Shown here: piece by piece, positions 1 through 12,090 of the stretch
Numbering within the stretch: position 1 is the stretch's first letter
How the letters are laid out: each line of letters opens with the position of its first letter
Source of the DNA: Octopus vulgaris
Lineage: Eukaryota
Direction: 5' to 3'
Assembly: GCA_951406725.2 (NCBI GenBank)
Contig: OX597824.1
Coordinates: forward strand, 45,694,001 to 45,758,000
DNA length: 64,000 nt
The notes under the pieces: model-generated
Databases searched by the model: none
What the model was told of the DNA's origin: nothing
Seen by the model: the letters and a program-made list of their open reading frames with translations, nothing else
Position numbers and translations under genes: made by a program

Positions 1-470
1 TCAGTTGCACTGCATAGTATCTTGAGCAAGTGTTTTCTTCTATAGCTTCAGGCTGACAAAAGCCTTGTGGGTTTGGTAGACAGAAACTGAAAGAAGCCCA
101 TTTTGTGTGTGTGTGTGTTTTGTGTGCGTGTGTGTGCATGTGTGTGCATGCATGTGTGCGTGTGTGTGCGTGTGCATGCGTGTGTGTGCAAGTGTGTGTG
201 TATGTGTGTGTATGCATGTGTGTGTGTGTATGTGTGTGTGTGTGTGCGTGTGTGTGTGTGTGTGTATCTTTGTGTCTGTGTTTGTCTCTACCACTGCTTG
301 ACAACCAGTACTTGTGCGTTTGTGTCCTCATAACTTATTGTTTTGGCAAGGGAGACCAATAGAATAAGTACCAGGTTTAAGAAGTAAACAAGTATAGGGG
401 TTGACTAAAATTCCTCAAATTCCAGTATGGCCTGCAGTCTACTGACTGAAAAAAGTAAAAAACAAAAATA
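1..470 (+). mobile_element. tRNA-derived SINE (family S1) with internal (GT)n tract; 5' end lies outside the window
   Basis: Matches the fuller copies at 23678 and 42738: CTTCTATAGCTTCAGGCTGACAAAAGCCTTGTG..GGTAGACAGAAACTGAAAGAAGCCC, microsatellite at 104-265, then AATAGAATAAGTACCAGG and the tail. Confidence 0.85.
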
Positions 471-1059
471 AAATTAGGGATTGTTACACTGCTGAAATCT
501 GTTGTTCTCAAACAGTGCACAGCATTGCTCTTACACATTACAAAGGGTATCTATGAATGTTGTTAACAGTTGAGCATTTTGAAAAAAATGTGCTATTCAT
601 AAATTTCAATATGTCCTACCTTACCTTGGGAACTTCAATTCCTGATGGAGTCAAAGGAAATACTATTGTGACATGTAGCATGTTGTGAGTATTAGGCCTA
701 GGAGAGTCCATCCCTCTTCACATCTAGTAGCAGCTGATTTCTTCAAGAAAGAGAGAAGGATAGAAAGAAAAGAAATTATCTTAGTACAGGAATGGTACTT
801 TATTTATTGACCATCCTCATCTCCACCAAAAAAAAAAAAAAAAAAAGATGGAAAGCAAAGTTGAACTCAGTAGTATTTCAACACAGAACGAAGAGAGCTA
901 GACAATAACCATACTTTACTACTCACCTAATCAATTTGCCAACTTAATTCTATTATATGCAAATATGACAAATATGATTAACAGAACTAGGCAAGCTATA
1001 ATTTTCTTATATCTTTACTAATTTTTACTGTCGAACATCACTATACCATTGTGTTGCTG

Positions 1060-1292
1060 TAACAACCAGATTATCAGATGCTGTAATACACAGGTGGTCA
1101 CTATGTACTTCCTTGCATTGCTGTAGATTTCAAATGATGCCACCCCACTGGTTAGGTGGGCAGGGAAACGTTCCTTCTAAAAGGAATGCTGATCTGCCAC
1201 AGGGTTACCCATTTACAACTGAGTAAACTGGAGCAATGTGAAATGAATTGTTTTGCTCAAGAACACAATGCACCACCTTGTGGTCATGAGTG
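1060..1292 (-). mobile_element. Degenerate tRNA-SINE fragment related to family S3; its head resumes at about 1815-1850
   Basis: CTGAGTAAACTGGAGCAATGTGAAATGAATTGTTTTGCTCAAGAACACAATGCA matches the copy at 31390-31445. CCCTAACCACTAGGCCATGC at about 1820 is the reverse-complemented A-box region. Confidence 0.6.
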
Positions 1293-2334
1293 TGTAATGA
1301 GACCAATTTCTATTATAGCACACTGAAGACAATCAGCCTTTTATAGGCTCAGCATGTTAATCTGTAATGACTGGTCGTTTTACCTGTCACTTGAATTTTG
1401 AACATTGGTTGAGCCCTGTGCTGTGATTGATGAAGAATTGCATGGGATTTGGATCAAAGGTCCAGTCATGCTGCGCATATTACATTTTCAATCAACTAAT
1501 TAGTATGTACTCTGGAGCCAACCCTTTTCTATAATTTCGTATGACAAATTATTTAGACCAGAGAAAAATTAATATATAGAAGCACATATAACTAGCAATG
1601 ACCCAGGCTAAATTATCCAAATGATGGATAATTACAATCACCAGAAGTTGTAATGTTTCTTGCTTGATCCACTGTACCACTTTACAAAGGAATAAAATTC
1701 CATTATTATTTTAAAGTTAGCTTCTTTTGTTACCCCCCCCCCCCAGTGAACACAATATATTATACATGGTTCTTTAGTAAAACCAAGAAAGACTTTAGAC
1801 CCATCTTAAAAAATGCAACACCCTAACCACTAGGCCATGCATCTTCACATCTTTCAACACATTTCTTTAATTTCTATATGAAGTGCACTAGTGAGTTTTT
1901 CACTTAATTTCATCTCCAGTATAGCAGCATTTTATTATTTAATCTTTATTGCAGCTCAAGGTCAAAAAGATTGTGGAACCATTGCCTCAAAGCCTTAAAT
2001 TGTCAGAAACAGTTAAGTGGATTTAATCTTGGACAATAGCCCATCTCCTTAGAATGCAGCTGCATTGGTTCCAAGTGCCAAAATCTCATGGCAATTAATC
2101 TAGATTTATAAACCTTAATCACTCAACCATGATATTACTGAACTGTGATATCTGCCGTAGCTGTTGTACTAAGTCTTTCTGTAAAATACTTAACCGTTTG
2201 CATTGCTAAAGAAATATTATTAATCATTAATTATGTACCTCTTCCTACATCTGCAAGAGTACATAGCTCAAGATTATGAATATTTAAATCCTTTTATATC
2301 TAATTCTAAAGTACAACATTACATAGACAGGATA

Positions 2335-2336
2335 GT

Positions 2337-2429
<93 letters not shown>

Positions 2430-2440
2430 TGTGTGTGTGT
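2335..2440. repeat. (GT)n microsatellite
   Basis: Seen directly. Confidence 0.98.
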
Positions 2441-2460
2441 TTATTATTCAGTACATCATC

Positions 2461-2865
2461 TATCAGGCTGAGTAAAAAGTAAGCAACATTTTGAAACATG
2501 AAATTCATCACAATATATTTCAACAATGTGGAAATTTTATTCATCAAAATAAGTACCATTACAATCAACACATTTTTGCCAATGAGTTACAAGTTTGTTT
2601 ATTCCAGTAACATCAAAATCTGGAGTTCTGGAGCTGATGAACTCTTTGAATGCACTTTCAGCATTGGTTTGATTTTTGAACTCCTTCTCTTGTAGGAAAC
2701 CATCAAGGTGCTTAAAATGTGGTAGTTGGTAGGAGAAAGGTCTGAGGAATAAGCATCATTAGTGAAACGTGTGGTTGAACATTGTCATGAAGAATGATTG
2801 GCCCTCTTCTATTGACCAGTCTGGGATAGAAGAGTAACAGTTTTTTGCTCATTTTAGCTATTTGT
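2461..2865 (-). mobile_element. mariner transposase C-terminal relic (Hsmar1/cecropia-like) with putative right TIR
   Basis: Minus-strand translation gives PRLVNRRGPIILHDNVQPHV, AYSSDLSPTNYH, FKHLDGFL and AESAFKEFISSRTPDFDVTGINKLVTHWQKCVDCNGTYFDE*. A TA followed by TCAGGCTGAGTAAAAAGTAAGCAACATTTT at 2461 resembles mariner TIRs. Confidence 0.9.
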
Positions 2866-3329
2866 ACCCCAGTGTATAGCCCCTTCTTTTAGGTTCACTT
2901 TCTAAGTAGCACTGTATCACTATCCTGTTTTCTTTGCTGGTTCACTTTCTCCACCTTGCTCTATAAAGGATATATCAGTCAGTACATCACCAGGCCTTAT
3001 TTTCAGATCCAGTGATTTTTTCTCTTTCATGAACTCTAGAACTGATCAGTCTGTAAATATCTCACTCTTCTTTGGGTCAGAAAGCCTAACTCTACATTCA
3101 TTTAAGTAACAGATTTTTCTTTTCTTTTTTTAACTTTTAAATTTTTAGTCAGGAGGGAAGAGCAGTACCCATGACCTTTTACAGGGCCTCCAAGACTGGT
3201 TGGTAGAAAGGTGGAAGTTATCCCTTAAGCAGAGACCTGACTCTTGTACTTTCAATAAAGTGGGCTCTGCCAAAGACATCCAAGGACAAGGAGGTAGTTG
3301 AAACTGAGTCTACCAACCTTGTAGGTAAT

Positions 3330-3560
3330 GGAAGGATTTGAACCCAGAATGTAAAGAATCAGAACAAATACCACAAGGCATCTGATCAGACGTTTTTACA
3401 GTTCTGTCAATCCACCATCCTGGATGGGTACTTTTTTTACTCAACTTGAAATGATGAAAGGTAAAATTCAACAAGGCGTGATTTGAACTCAGGGACAGAG
3501 AGCTGAAACAAATACTGTTCTGTCTAACACTCTAACAACTCTGCCAATTCACCAGCCATA
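3330..3560 (-). mobile_element. Two degenerate family S2 SINE fragments
   Basis: GATTTGAACTCAG, ATGATGAAAGG and CTCTGCCAATTCACCAGCC motifs shared with the S2 copy at 43229. Confidence 0.65.
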
Positions 3561-4489
3561 AAATATTCTCAGTCTTCAAACTTACAAAATAAGATGCTAA
3601 GATCAATGCTAACATGCTGAATGCATTGAACCAAGATACATTAATTACAATTATCTTTCTGTAATTATATCCTCCATTCCCTTTCCTCCAGTTCATTTGT
3701 TATCAGCATCCATCATTCTCTCTCTCTTACCATCACCCATTACTACTACTATCTTTCATTTACTCTCTCTCTCTCTCTCTCTCTTATCACCAAACATGTT
3801 GCTGCCTTTACTAGCTGTTTCTACTATCTCCCCATTATTACCCCACTCTCTCAGCACTGTCTCTTCCATCATTTCTTCCTCTACTATCTTATCCATCCAT
3901 CCCTATTCACTCTTCTTTCTTTAACTCTTTCACCCTAGTTTATCTGCCTTCTATCATCCCTCTCTTTTCTATTCACGCTCTTAGGCATATTGTTTTGAAT
4001 TAACAGAGATAACATAGAATAGAAATGGTTCTTTAAGTATTGCAGGGTACAAGACAACCTCATTAGTGCTGGTGCAACCACAAAATGCACTCAGTACACT
4101 CTGTAATGTGGTTAGTGAATGAATAGAAGTAATGAACAGATGAGAAGACTCTTTGGTCTTTCCAAGGACATATTTTCTCTAATGTTGGTAACACAACGAA
4201 ATACAGATAGTAAAGTGATTGGGGGTATAAAGAACATCCAGCTATAGAAACTAAACCAAAATTAGAATGGACAAGCAACACATGGTCCTCTAATCAATCT
4301 AGGGAGACAGTAACTCCAAATAAGAACTGGCTTGAACTGTGATGGCCTGTCTTACTCATGCCAGCATGCAAAAACAGGCAAAGAAAGTGGACAATGATAG
4401 TGGTGGTGGTGTTGGTTGTGACAGCAATAGCAGTAATGGTGATGGTGGTGACAATGGCGGTGATGATGCTGATGATGACACCAATGACA

Positions 4490-4524
<35 letters not shown>

Positions 4525-5044
4525 ACACCTATAGCAAGTTGAAAGAATCATCTGCCTATTAATCAATTCTGGTAAAATAAAAGCTGATGAAAATAACTGC
4601 AGTTTAGTTTTCCATTGGTTTCCACAAGAAGCTTCAAAAAGCATGATCAGCAGAAGTTGTGTCTTAGTGTCTTGTATTTATTGTATGAAAATAACAGTGG
4701 CTTGAAATGTAATTGATTCTAGGACATTGCTGTATAAAGGTCAGTGAATTACAAATGCTTTGGAGATTAAATTGCAGAATAATTCTGGAAAGTGATGTGA
4801 TTAATGGATTATTAACAATAATATTTATGGATTGTCACAACTGATTAAAGGACAGAAAAAAACTGGACAATAGTGCTCTAAAGAAACAGAAATTATAGTT
4901 CAATTAATATCATTAGAGAGTGGTAGCTGATGTGATTGATTCTCGAGACTATGAAGGGGAAAAAAATCACTGGATAACAAATAATGTAGAGATTAACATG
5001 TTATACAAATTTGGTTACAACTGTAATTAGTGAATATATAATTT

Positions 5045-5205
5045 TTTGTCTGTCTTTATGTTCTGAGTATAAATTCCACTGAGGTCGATTTTTGCCTTTC
5101 ATCCTTTTGAGGTTGATAAATTAAGTACAAGTTGAGCACTGGGGTTGATGTAATTGACTTACCCACTTCTCCAAAATTGCTGGCCTTGTGCCTAAATTTG
5201 AAACC
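5045..5205 (+). mobile_element. Family S2 SINE fragment
   Basis: TTCTGAG..AAATTCC..GAGGTCGA..TTTGCCTTTCATCCTTT core, followed by a (TTG)/(CTG)n tract. Confidence 0.8.
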
Positions 5206-5282
5206 ATTATTATTGTTGTTGTTGTTGTTGCCATTGTTGTTGTTGTTGTTGTTGTTGCTATTGTTGTTGTTGTTGTTGTTGC

Positions 5283-5319
<37 letters not shown>

Positions 5320-6230
5320 ATTCAGGTCACTGCCTGGAATCGAACTCTGAATCTTGGGGTTAGTAGCTCATGTTCTTAATGAAATAATCGAGCTCAGTAA
5401 CAATCTATTAAGCAGCAGCTACCCCAAAAACATACTATCTACTCCAATTATGAAGAAAAGCGAGGATGAAACCAATAAACTGTCCACAGTCTGTCTACCC
5501 TCTGTGAAAGGCCTCTCTGAAAAGATACAAAAGATATGCAGCCCATATGACATCAGGACAGTATTCAAGAGTAATACAGCACTTTGCAAATATCTCCTTC
5601 AAGTAAATCCACCAATAGAAGAGAATATGACCAAAAACTGCGTGTACTCCATCCCATGCAACTGTGGTAGGTTATACAAAGGCGGAACATGCCGCCCCCT
5701 CAAAATAAGGGTAGAGAAACATCGCAAAGCTATGACACGAGGAGATATTGATAAATTGGGTATAGCTGTTCATGTATGGAAACACAAAGACCACCTCTCC
5801 CTGTGGGATGAAGTTAGAATAATAAACAGAGAACACCACTGGAAAATATGAAAACTAAAAGAAGCAGCACATATGCTAGGACACAACAACCTCCTAAGCA
5901 GACAGAGTGCAGATCTGAATAACATATGGGAACCGGTATTAAGGAAGGATAGAAAAATATTAGATTTATAAGCCCTAAAATTCACTCCATAATTGCCCAC
6001 GAACATATGACATAGTAGTTAAAAATGTGGGCTACTAACCCGAGTTCGATTCCAGGCAGTGGCCTAAATAATAATAATAATAATTACATCGAAAAATACC
6101 TTAGGTTTGAAATTTCCTCAAGACACCTGATGAAGGCTGGAAGGTATATCAGCCAAAACAATATGAGGACAAATATCTGTCAAATGTAAATAATGGACAT
6201 AATTCCTCATCTCTTAAATATAGAACTGTA
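5320..6230 (+). mobile_element. Penelope-like element (Penelope/Poseidon type): GIY-YIG endonuclease relic, pLTR and inverted 5' pLTR piece
   Basis: ORF 5354-5851 gives LPSVKGLSEKIQKI..CVYSIPCNCGRLYKGGT.RPLKIRVEKH..IAVHVW..KLKEA (GIY-YIG; one stop). The 3' region carries a hammerhead remnant. 5320-5378 is the reverse complement of 6019-6070. Confidence 0.9.
6127..6159 (+). ncRNA. Degenerate hammerhead ribozyme in the Penelope pLTR
   Basis: CTGATGA-A-GGCTG-(10 nt loop)-CAGCC-AAAAC. GAAA is mutated to AAAA and helix III is missing. Confidence 0.7.
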
Positions 6231-6240
6231 TTAAAATATA

Positions 6241-6746
6241 CGAAGCCCAGTATACCCATCCTGACTACCCATCTGATAAGGGTACACTAGGCACATGCAT
6301 CACAACCATATGTGCGCGACATGGTGATCTTATATCAAGATAAACAGCACATGACCTTGCAGGTGGGGCCCTGTTAGAATTTTCTTCTGGTCGAGTAACC
6401 CATCCCGCTCAAAAGGTCCCTGAATAAGGGTTGTTTAAGGATGTTGAACGAAACACCCATGTTTCCAAAGGTGAATTATTCTAACCCCAAAGAATCCCTC
6501 TCAACACATGGCTATGATGCTCCCCCACTACTTCTGCTCATGATCAGAGATGCACATATCATCAGCCACTAAGGGACATGCTCAACTGGTTACGGTCAAA
6601 CAACTGACAAGCAAATCTGTGGTATTGAACAGAATATTTGCTGTAGCCCATCTTTTATACCAAGACAAAACAATGTACATGATAACACTTCCAATCAGTT
6701 AAGATCAGAAGCCATGAGAGCCACTGCCTGGTACTGCATCAGGGCA

Positions 6747-6750
<4 letters not shown>
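6241..6750 (-). mobile_element. About 530-bp non-coding interspersed repeat (element C) abutting (ATT)n
   Basis: Co-linear and highly similar to 55745-56248; a partial third copy lies at 32335-32550. Strand inferred from the (TAA)n end. Confidence 0.8.
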
Positions 6751-6824
<74 letters not shown>

Positions 6825-6954
6825 TATTAACAATACGAAGAGAGTGATGTGATTGCAATAGATATTTTATTGGTTGGACAATATTTTGACAGCTTGCATC
6901 ATGCTCTTCATATTGCTTATGTACCTTTGTGAAAAGTTAGATCAATCCTTTTGT

Positions 6955-7354
6955 TGGCAGAAACGTTAGCACACCGAGCGAAATGCTTAGCGGTATTTCG
7001 TCTGCCGCTATGTTCTGAGTTCAAATTCCGCCGAGGTCAACTTTGCTTTTCATCCTTTCGAGGTCGATTAAATAAGTACCAGTTACGCACCAGTGCGTAA
7101 CTGGTACTAATTTAATCGACTTAATCTGTTTGTCTGTCCTTGTTTGTCCCCTCTGTGTTTAGCCCCTTGTGGGTAGTAAAGAAATAGGTATTTTGTCTGT
7201 CTTTATGTTCTAAATTCAAATTCTGCTAAGGTCGTGTTTGCCTTTCATCCTTTTGGGAGGTCAATAAATTAAGTACCAGTTGCGTACTGAGGTCGATCTA
7301 ATTGGTTGGACCCCCTCCCCAAAAATTTTGGACCTTATGCCTAGAATAGAAAAG

Positions 7355-7355
<1 letters not shown>
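6955..7355 (+). mobile_element. Young S2 SINE (6955-7187) followed by or nested in an older S2 copy (7188-7355)
   Basis: TGGCAGAAACGTTAGC head, GAGTTCAAATTCC B-box and GCTTTTCATCCTTTCGAGGTCGA core (resembles the MetaSINE domain as recalled, not verified). Tail is GCCCCTTGTGGGTAGTAAAGAAATA. Confidence 0.9.
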
Positions 7356-7408
<53 letters not shown>

Positions 7409-7416
7409 TTTATTTT

Positions 7417-7501
<85 letters not shown>

Positions 7502-8559
7502 ACAGCAGCTGCAGCAGTAGTATCAGTAGTAGTGGAAGTGATGGTGGCAGCATTGACAGTATTTATTGTTTATATATTCAGTACTTAAAGGAATGTCTCA
7601 TAGATCTAAATTCAAGTCTAACGATATAAACATTATTTTTTTGTTGCAAAGAATTCAAAGTCGGATATGAAAAATATCAGTAATATGTAGGAGTTCCAAA
7701 AATTCTTTCTGACCAATGAAAAGGAATCCTAATTCTTAACATTTGGCACTGCTTACAGATTCAGATTTTATATTCCTGCCCATCTTTACTTTTCATCATC
7801 ATCATCATTAGCAGCAGCAGCAGCAGTGGTAGCAGCATTTAATATCTTATTTTTCCCCTTTATACTTTTCAAGATTAGCAGAGAAATAAATGAGTTTTGG
7901 GTAACTTCTATATGGTGATAATTTCTGCAAATAGTGTATAGAATGTACATGTGTTTGTGTGTGTGTGTGTACATACATATATGTTGTGTGTCAATTTCAT
8001 TATAAATGTTTTCAGAAGAAGACAACCAGAACCCATAAAATCATCATCCCATATGCACAGCAATACATTTGATGACATAGAATGAATAAAAATAAATAAT
8101 CAGATAGAGATTGAAAAAGAAAAAAATATATAACTTCTCCCCAATATTATTTGACATTAAACTAAAATGTTTACATACAGAAATAATAGAACTAAGAGAT
8201 GGCAAAGCTATAGAGAGTTTAAAAACAAATTTATTAGACAGAATCTGTGATAAGGAAATAAAACTAAGGAAGGAATCTTCTCTAGACCAGCTAAGTGATG
8301 CAGTCTCAACACTCAACTTTACAAAGTAGCATGACATTATTGTATGGTATTCTCATGTTTTTTTGGTATTGTTTTACCAATCTTTTATTGTGTTAGGTCA
8401 AGTACTGATGTTTAACCTCTGATTCAAATAGCAAGGTTTTTATACTGCATGTAAAGACATCCTCTAGCATTCGTAATAGCATTCAGAAAAATATTCTTAG
8501 CATTCATGATAAATTACATAGCTTATCTAATAGCCATGTCTTCATCTCAAAGCCATTCT

Positions 8560-8665
8560 TGCACCTCACAATCAAGACTGTGTCTCACAACAAAGACTGT
8601 GCCTTGCAACAAAGACCATGCCTAACAACAAAGGCTGTGCCTCACAACAGACACTGTGCATCATA
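8560..8665. repeat. 19-bp minisatellite, about 5 diverged units (GACTGTGCCTCACAACAAA)
   Basis: Seen directly. Confidence 0.8.
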
Positions 8666-9939
8666 GCCATGCTTGCATCTCGTAGACATGCTTGTACTTC
8701 AGTTATGCTTACATCAATGTCTGCTATAAGAAAAAAAAAACACTGGTTAACAGGGAATTCCAGAAGATATAGCTTTAGTAAGGAAGGTGGGGGGAAAACT
8801 GTTAATCATAGAATCCAAGAGATGAGACACAAAGGGGTGGAAAAGTATGCAGCTTGCTAGATCTTTTGCATGATGCTTCCACTGTTGCTACTGACAATGG
8901 TGTAGCAGAGGATAGGTTGAATGATGACTGGTATTAATTTGATTACCTTTGTTATAAGTCAAAAATTAATGTCGGTATTCAGTGCAGTTTGAATAGATAC
9001 CAAACTTGATTCTTTTGACAGCAAAATTAAATTTCACAGTTATTTCAGCAATGATGTTGAATATCTATCAAAAAATAGAATTGGTATTTTCTGTAAGCCT
9101 CACTAAACTCGACATATTGTAACAAACATGATATTCCCCAACAAAAGATTAATTGGTATATGAAACGGCTCTCTACAGTTAAGGGTGATGAAATTTTGAG
9201 TAAATACATCTGATTTCCACTGTAAAAGGGTTATGCACTTTTTCTGCTTCTCAATGGACCCTCTAACCAACCACAGCTTCTCCCCACCACTGCACTAGAA
9301 TTGAGCCAATGAGAAGACCTTTCTACTGTTGCTTGACTGCTTTGAAACAAAAGTCAAATCTTACATTTTATCTTTAAAATGGCTGACTACTGTAGATAAC
9401 TCAGTTCTGAATTTAATTTATATGAAAAGAAGACAAGATGCAAGCGAGACAATAAAATTTCATCATAAGATACCATTGTACATCTGGAGCAATATAGTAT
9501 CTCAGTACCTTGTTATTCAGCCAACTACATACATAGCATAGGTCTACCTAATCAGAATGGACTAATGGCCACACAATAGCAACAACAAAAACGACAGTAC
9601 ATAAATAAAGATACTCTTAAAATCATTGTTTCCTCCATATTCCAAAACACCATTGCTTTTGAAATAACAATTCAGTGTTGGCAGAAAAAGATCTATTGCA
9701 GTTCCTTGCCTGCAATTGTAATTAAAACGGGTTTAGTTTTGGTATGAACCTCTCTGTGAATAAACGCATAGAATGTAGAATTATTTGTCTAAGTTTGTTG
9801 TGGTTATTGTTGTTTTTTGCTTTGGTTGCAGTAGTTGTAGTTGTATTTGTGGTGGTTGTGGTAGCAACAGGGATGTGCAGTTGTGAAAGTGGACACACAG
9901 ACACACAGACACACAAACACAGACAGACAGACAGACAGA

Positions 9940-9982
<43 letters not shown>

Positions 9983-10092
9983 TATGTATGTATATATATG
10001 TATGTGCGTACATGTATGTATGAATGTGTGTACATATGTATGTATGTATGTATGTATGTGTGTGTGCGTATGTATGTATTTATGTATGTATG

Positions 10093-10126
<34 letters not shown>

Positions 10127-10139
10127 TGTATGTATGTCA

Positions 10140-11692
10140 ATGACTCATTTCAGTGATTCTTTCTAGCAATGGCTTTGCTCATGTACAAGAAAGCAGCTAA
10201 GATGTATGTATGTGTGTGGCAAGAAGCTTGCTTCTGCACATGCGTCGGGTTATTTGCTGTCTCGGATTTTGTAAGAGTTGGACGTAGTTTTTTGTGTTGC
10301 TTAGAACATGTACTCAGACCTTGACTGGTCTGAATTGTCATCATCAGAGGAGGAGCTGGTAAGGGCAGTCATAAAGATGGATGGAGTGTTGAAGGCAACA
10401 AGTTTTGCTGAAGCCACGGGAGTGAAACGAAGGGAGCTGGACTTGGCTGGTCTGAAGGAATACGAGAAGATGGCTCTGAAGGTGGGCAGCAATGTTGTCA
10501 CTCTCCAAAGGAATTATGAAGAGGATGGAGAAGAAAACGATCACCTATAAGGTGTACTCATTGAAAGGAAAAAAGGCAGAACAGGTGGAGGTAGAAGCGG
10601 AAAAGGCACTGAGGGAACGATCAAAGGAGATAGTATATATAACAAAGGAAGAAGATATGGGACAATGGTCGTTTAATTTAGGACAGTAGAGGAGGTGAGG
10701 AGGCTGGTGAGTGTGGCAGTGAAAACAGAGGAAGTAGTGCTTCTGCTCACACACCTTGGAAGAAAGACTTCCAAGGTGAGGGTAAAAGCAATTCCACTGG
10801 ATATAGAAGTAGCTTGGGTAGTGGCAGCCATCCTTGTTGGAAGTGAAGAGAAGGTGGCTGTCCTCCAAGCCTCAGAAACGGAAGAAGGAAGGTGGAAAGG
10901 AGATGCACTTGAACTCATTATTCAGAAGGAGGAGGGTCAACTGAAGAACTTGGCAGAGACGGTGATGTTGGGGAAATTGTGCTGAGGATGTGGGTAGGGG
11001 GTAGAGTACCACATTGTTTTAAATGCGGCCAAAAGGGCCACATTAGACCATACTACCCTCTCCAGAGGGCAATGGCTGAGGAAACAGTTGTGGAGATGGA
11101 AGAGAAAAGAGAGGAAGAAAAGACAGATGGAGGAAAGGAGGAAAAGGAGGAAGAATGGAAAGTTACAGAGAGCAGGAGTAAGAGAAAAAAAGAAAAAAAA
11201 ACACTGAGTATGATGTGGTATCCCAGTCCAACTCTATCCCACCCAAGACCACTCAGACCCACCCTCCCCATACAGACACCAAACCCACCCACCCCATTTC
11301 CCCACAAGAAAAAAAAAAGAAAAAGAAAGAACAGACACCACAAAATTTAGAAGACCCCTCCCTGCCAGTGGAAAGGTTACGAATGCATGGCAGAGAGAAT
11401 GACGTCCCTAAGTGATGGAGGAAGTGGTAAAAGGATTAGACTGAAGGAGAAAAAGGACTTAGGACCTAGAGGCAGTGAGTGGTGTTATTCAGTGTGGGGT
11501 GAATAGCACACTCTTCATATCATTTTCATATATCATTCATGTTATCATATTTCAATTTGTTTTTCATATTCCTTTTCATGTGACATTCATTATATCATTT
11601 TATTTTTATATTTTTAATTGTTATATGTCCCCACATGTGTTGTAGTGTCCCCCACTGTATAATGCCTTTATGGCAATCTAAAAGAAATAAAG
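10140..11692 (+). mobile_element. L1/Tx1-type ORF1 (gag-like) pseudogene followed directly by a 3' UTR; ORF1-only element
   Basis: Frameshifted ORFs across 10308-11350 include RKTSKVRVKAIPLDI and the zinc knuckle CFKCGQKGHIRPYYP (degenerate CX2CX4HX4C), then an E/K-rich tail. No EN or RT motifs before AATAAA at about 11686. Confidence 0.75.
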
Positions 11693-11972
11693 AAGCTTGC
11701 TTCCCAACCACATGGTTCTGGGTTTGGTCCCACTGCCTTGTGGGTCATTGGACCCTGTCAAACCGTTCAACCCATGCCAGCGTGGAAATTGGACATTAAG
11801 TAATGATGATCATGATAGTGTGTGTGTGTGTTTGTACGCATGTGTGTGTGCATGTGTATGTGTGTCTGTGCATGTATATATGTACGTGTGTGTACGTGTA
11901 ATAATAATATATATATGTTTATGTTTTATTTATATATATTGTATGATTTTTCTGTTTTACCTCCTGTTTTAG

Positions 11973-12090
11973 TTCTCTGTGTATTCTCAAACAATGTCAA
12001 AAGAATTTCTGAAACCTGTTGACACTGTTGGATGTGGCACTGTCTTTGGGGCTGAAATGATGAAGATACCTGATTGGCAACTGATGCTGG
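11973..12090 (+). CDS. Weak candidate internal coding exon of an unknown host gene
   Basis: Strong pyrimidine tract plus TAG acceptor, and a single open frame FSVYSQTMSKEFLKPVDTVGCGTVFGAEMMKIPDWQLML. The donor GG|GTGTTC is weak. Confidence 0.2.

Noticed and set aside
1320-1450. Hammerhead at CTGAAGA-CAATCA..TGATTG
   Set aside because: No GAAA or helix III follows the putative helix II.
8111-8329. Coding exon or short gene
   Set aside because: The peptide looks protein-like, but the acceptor and donor are poor and no domain is recognisable.
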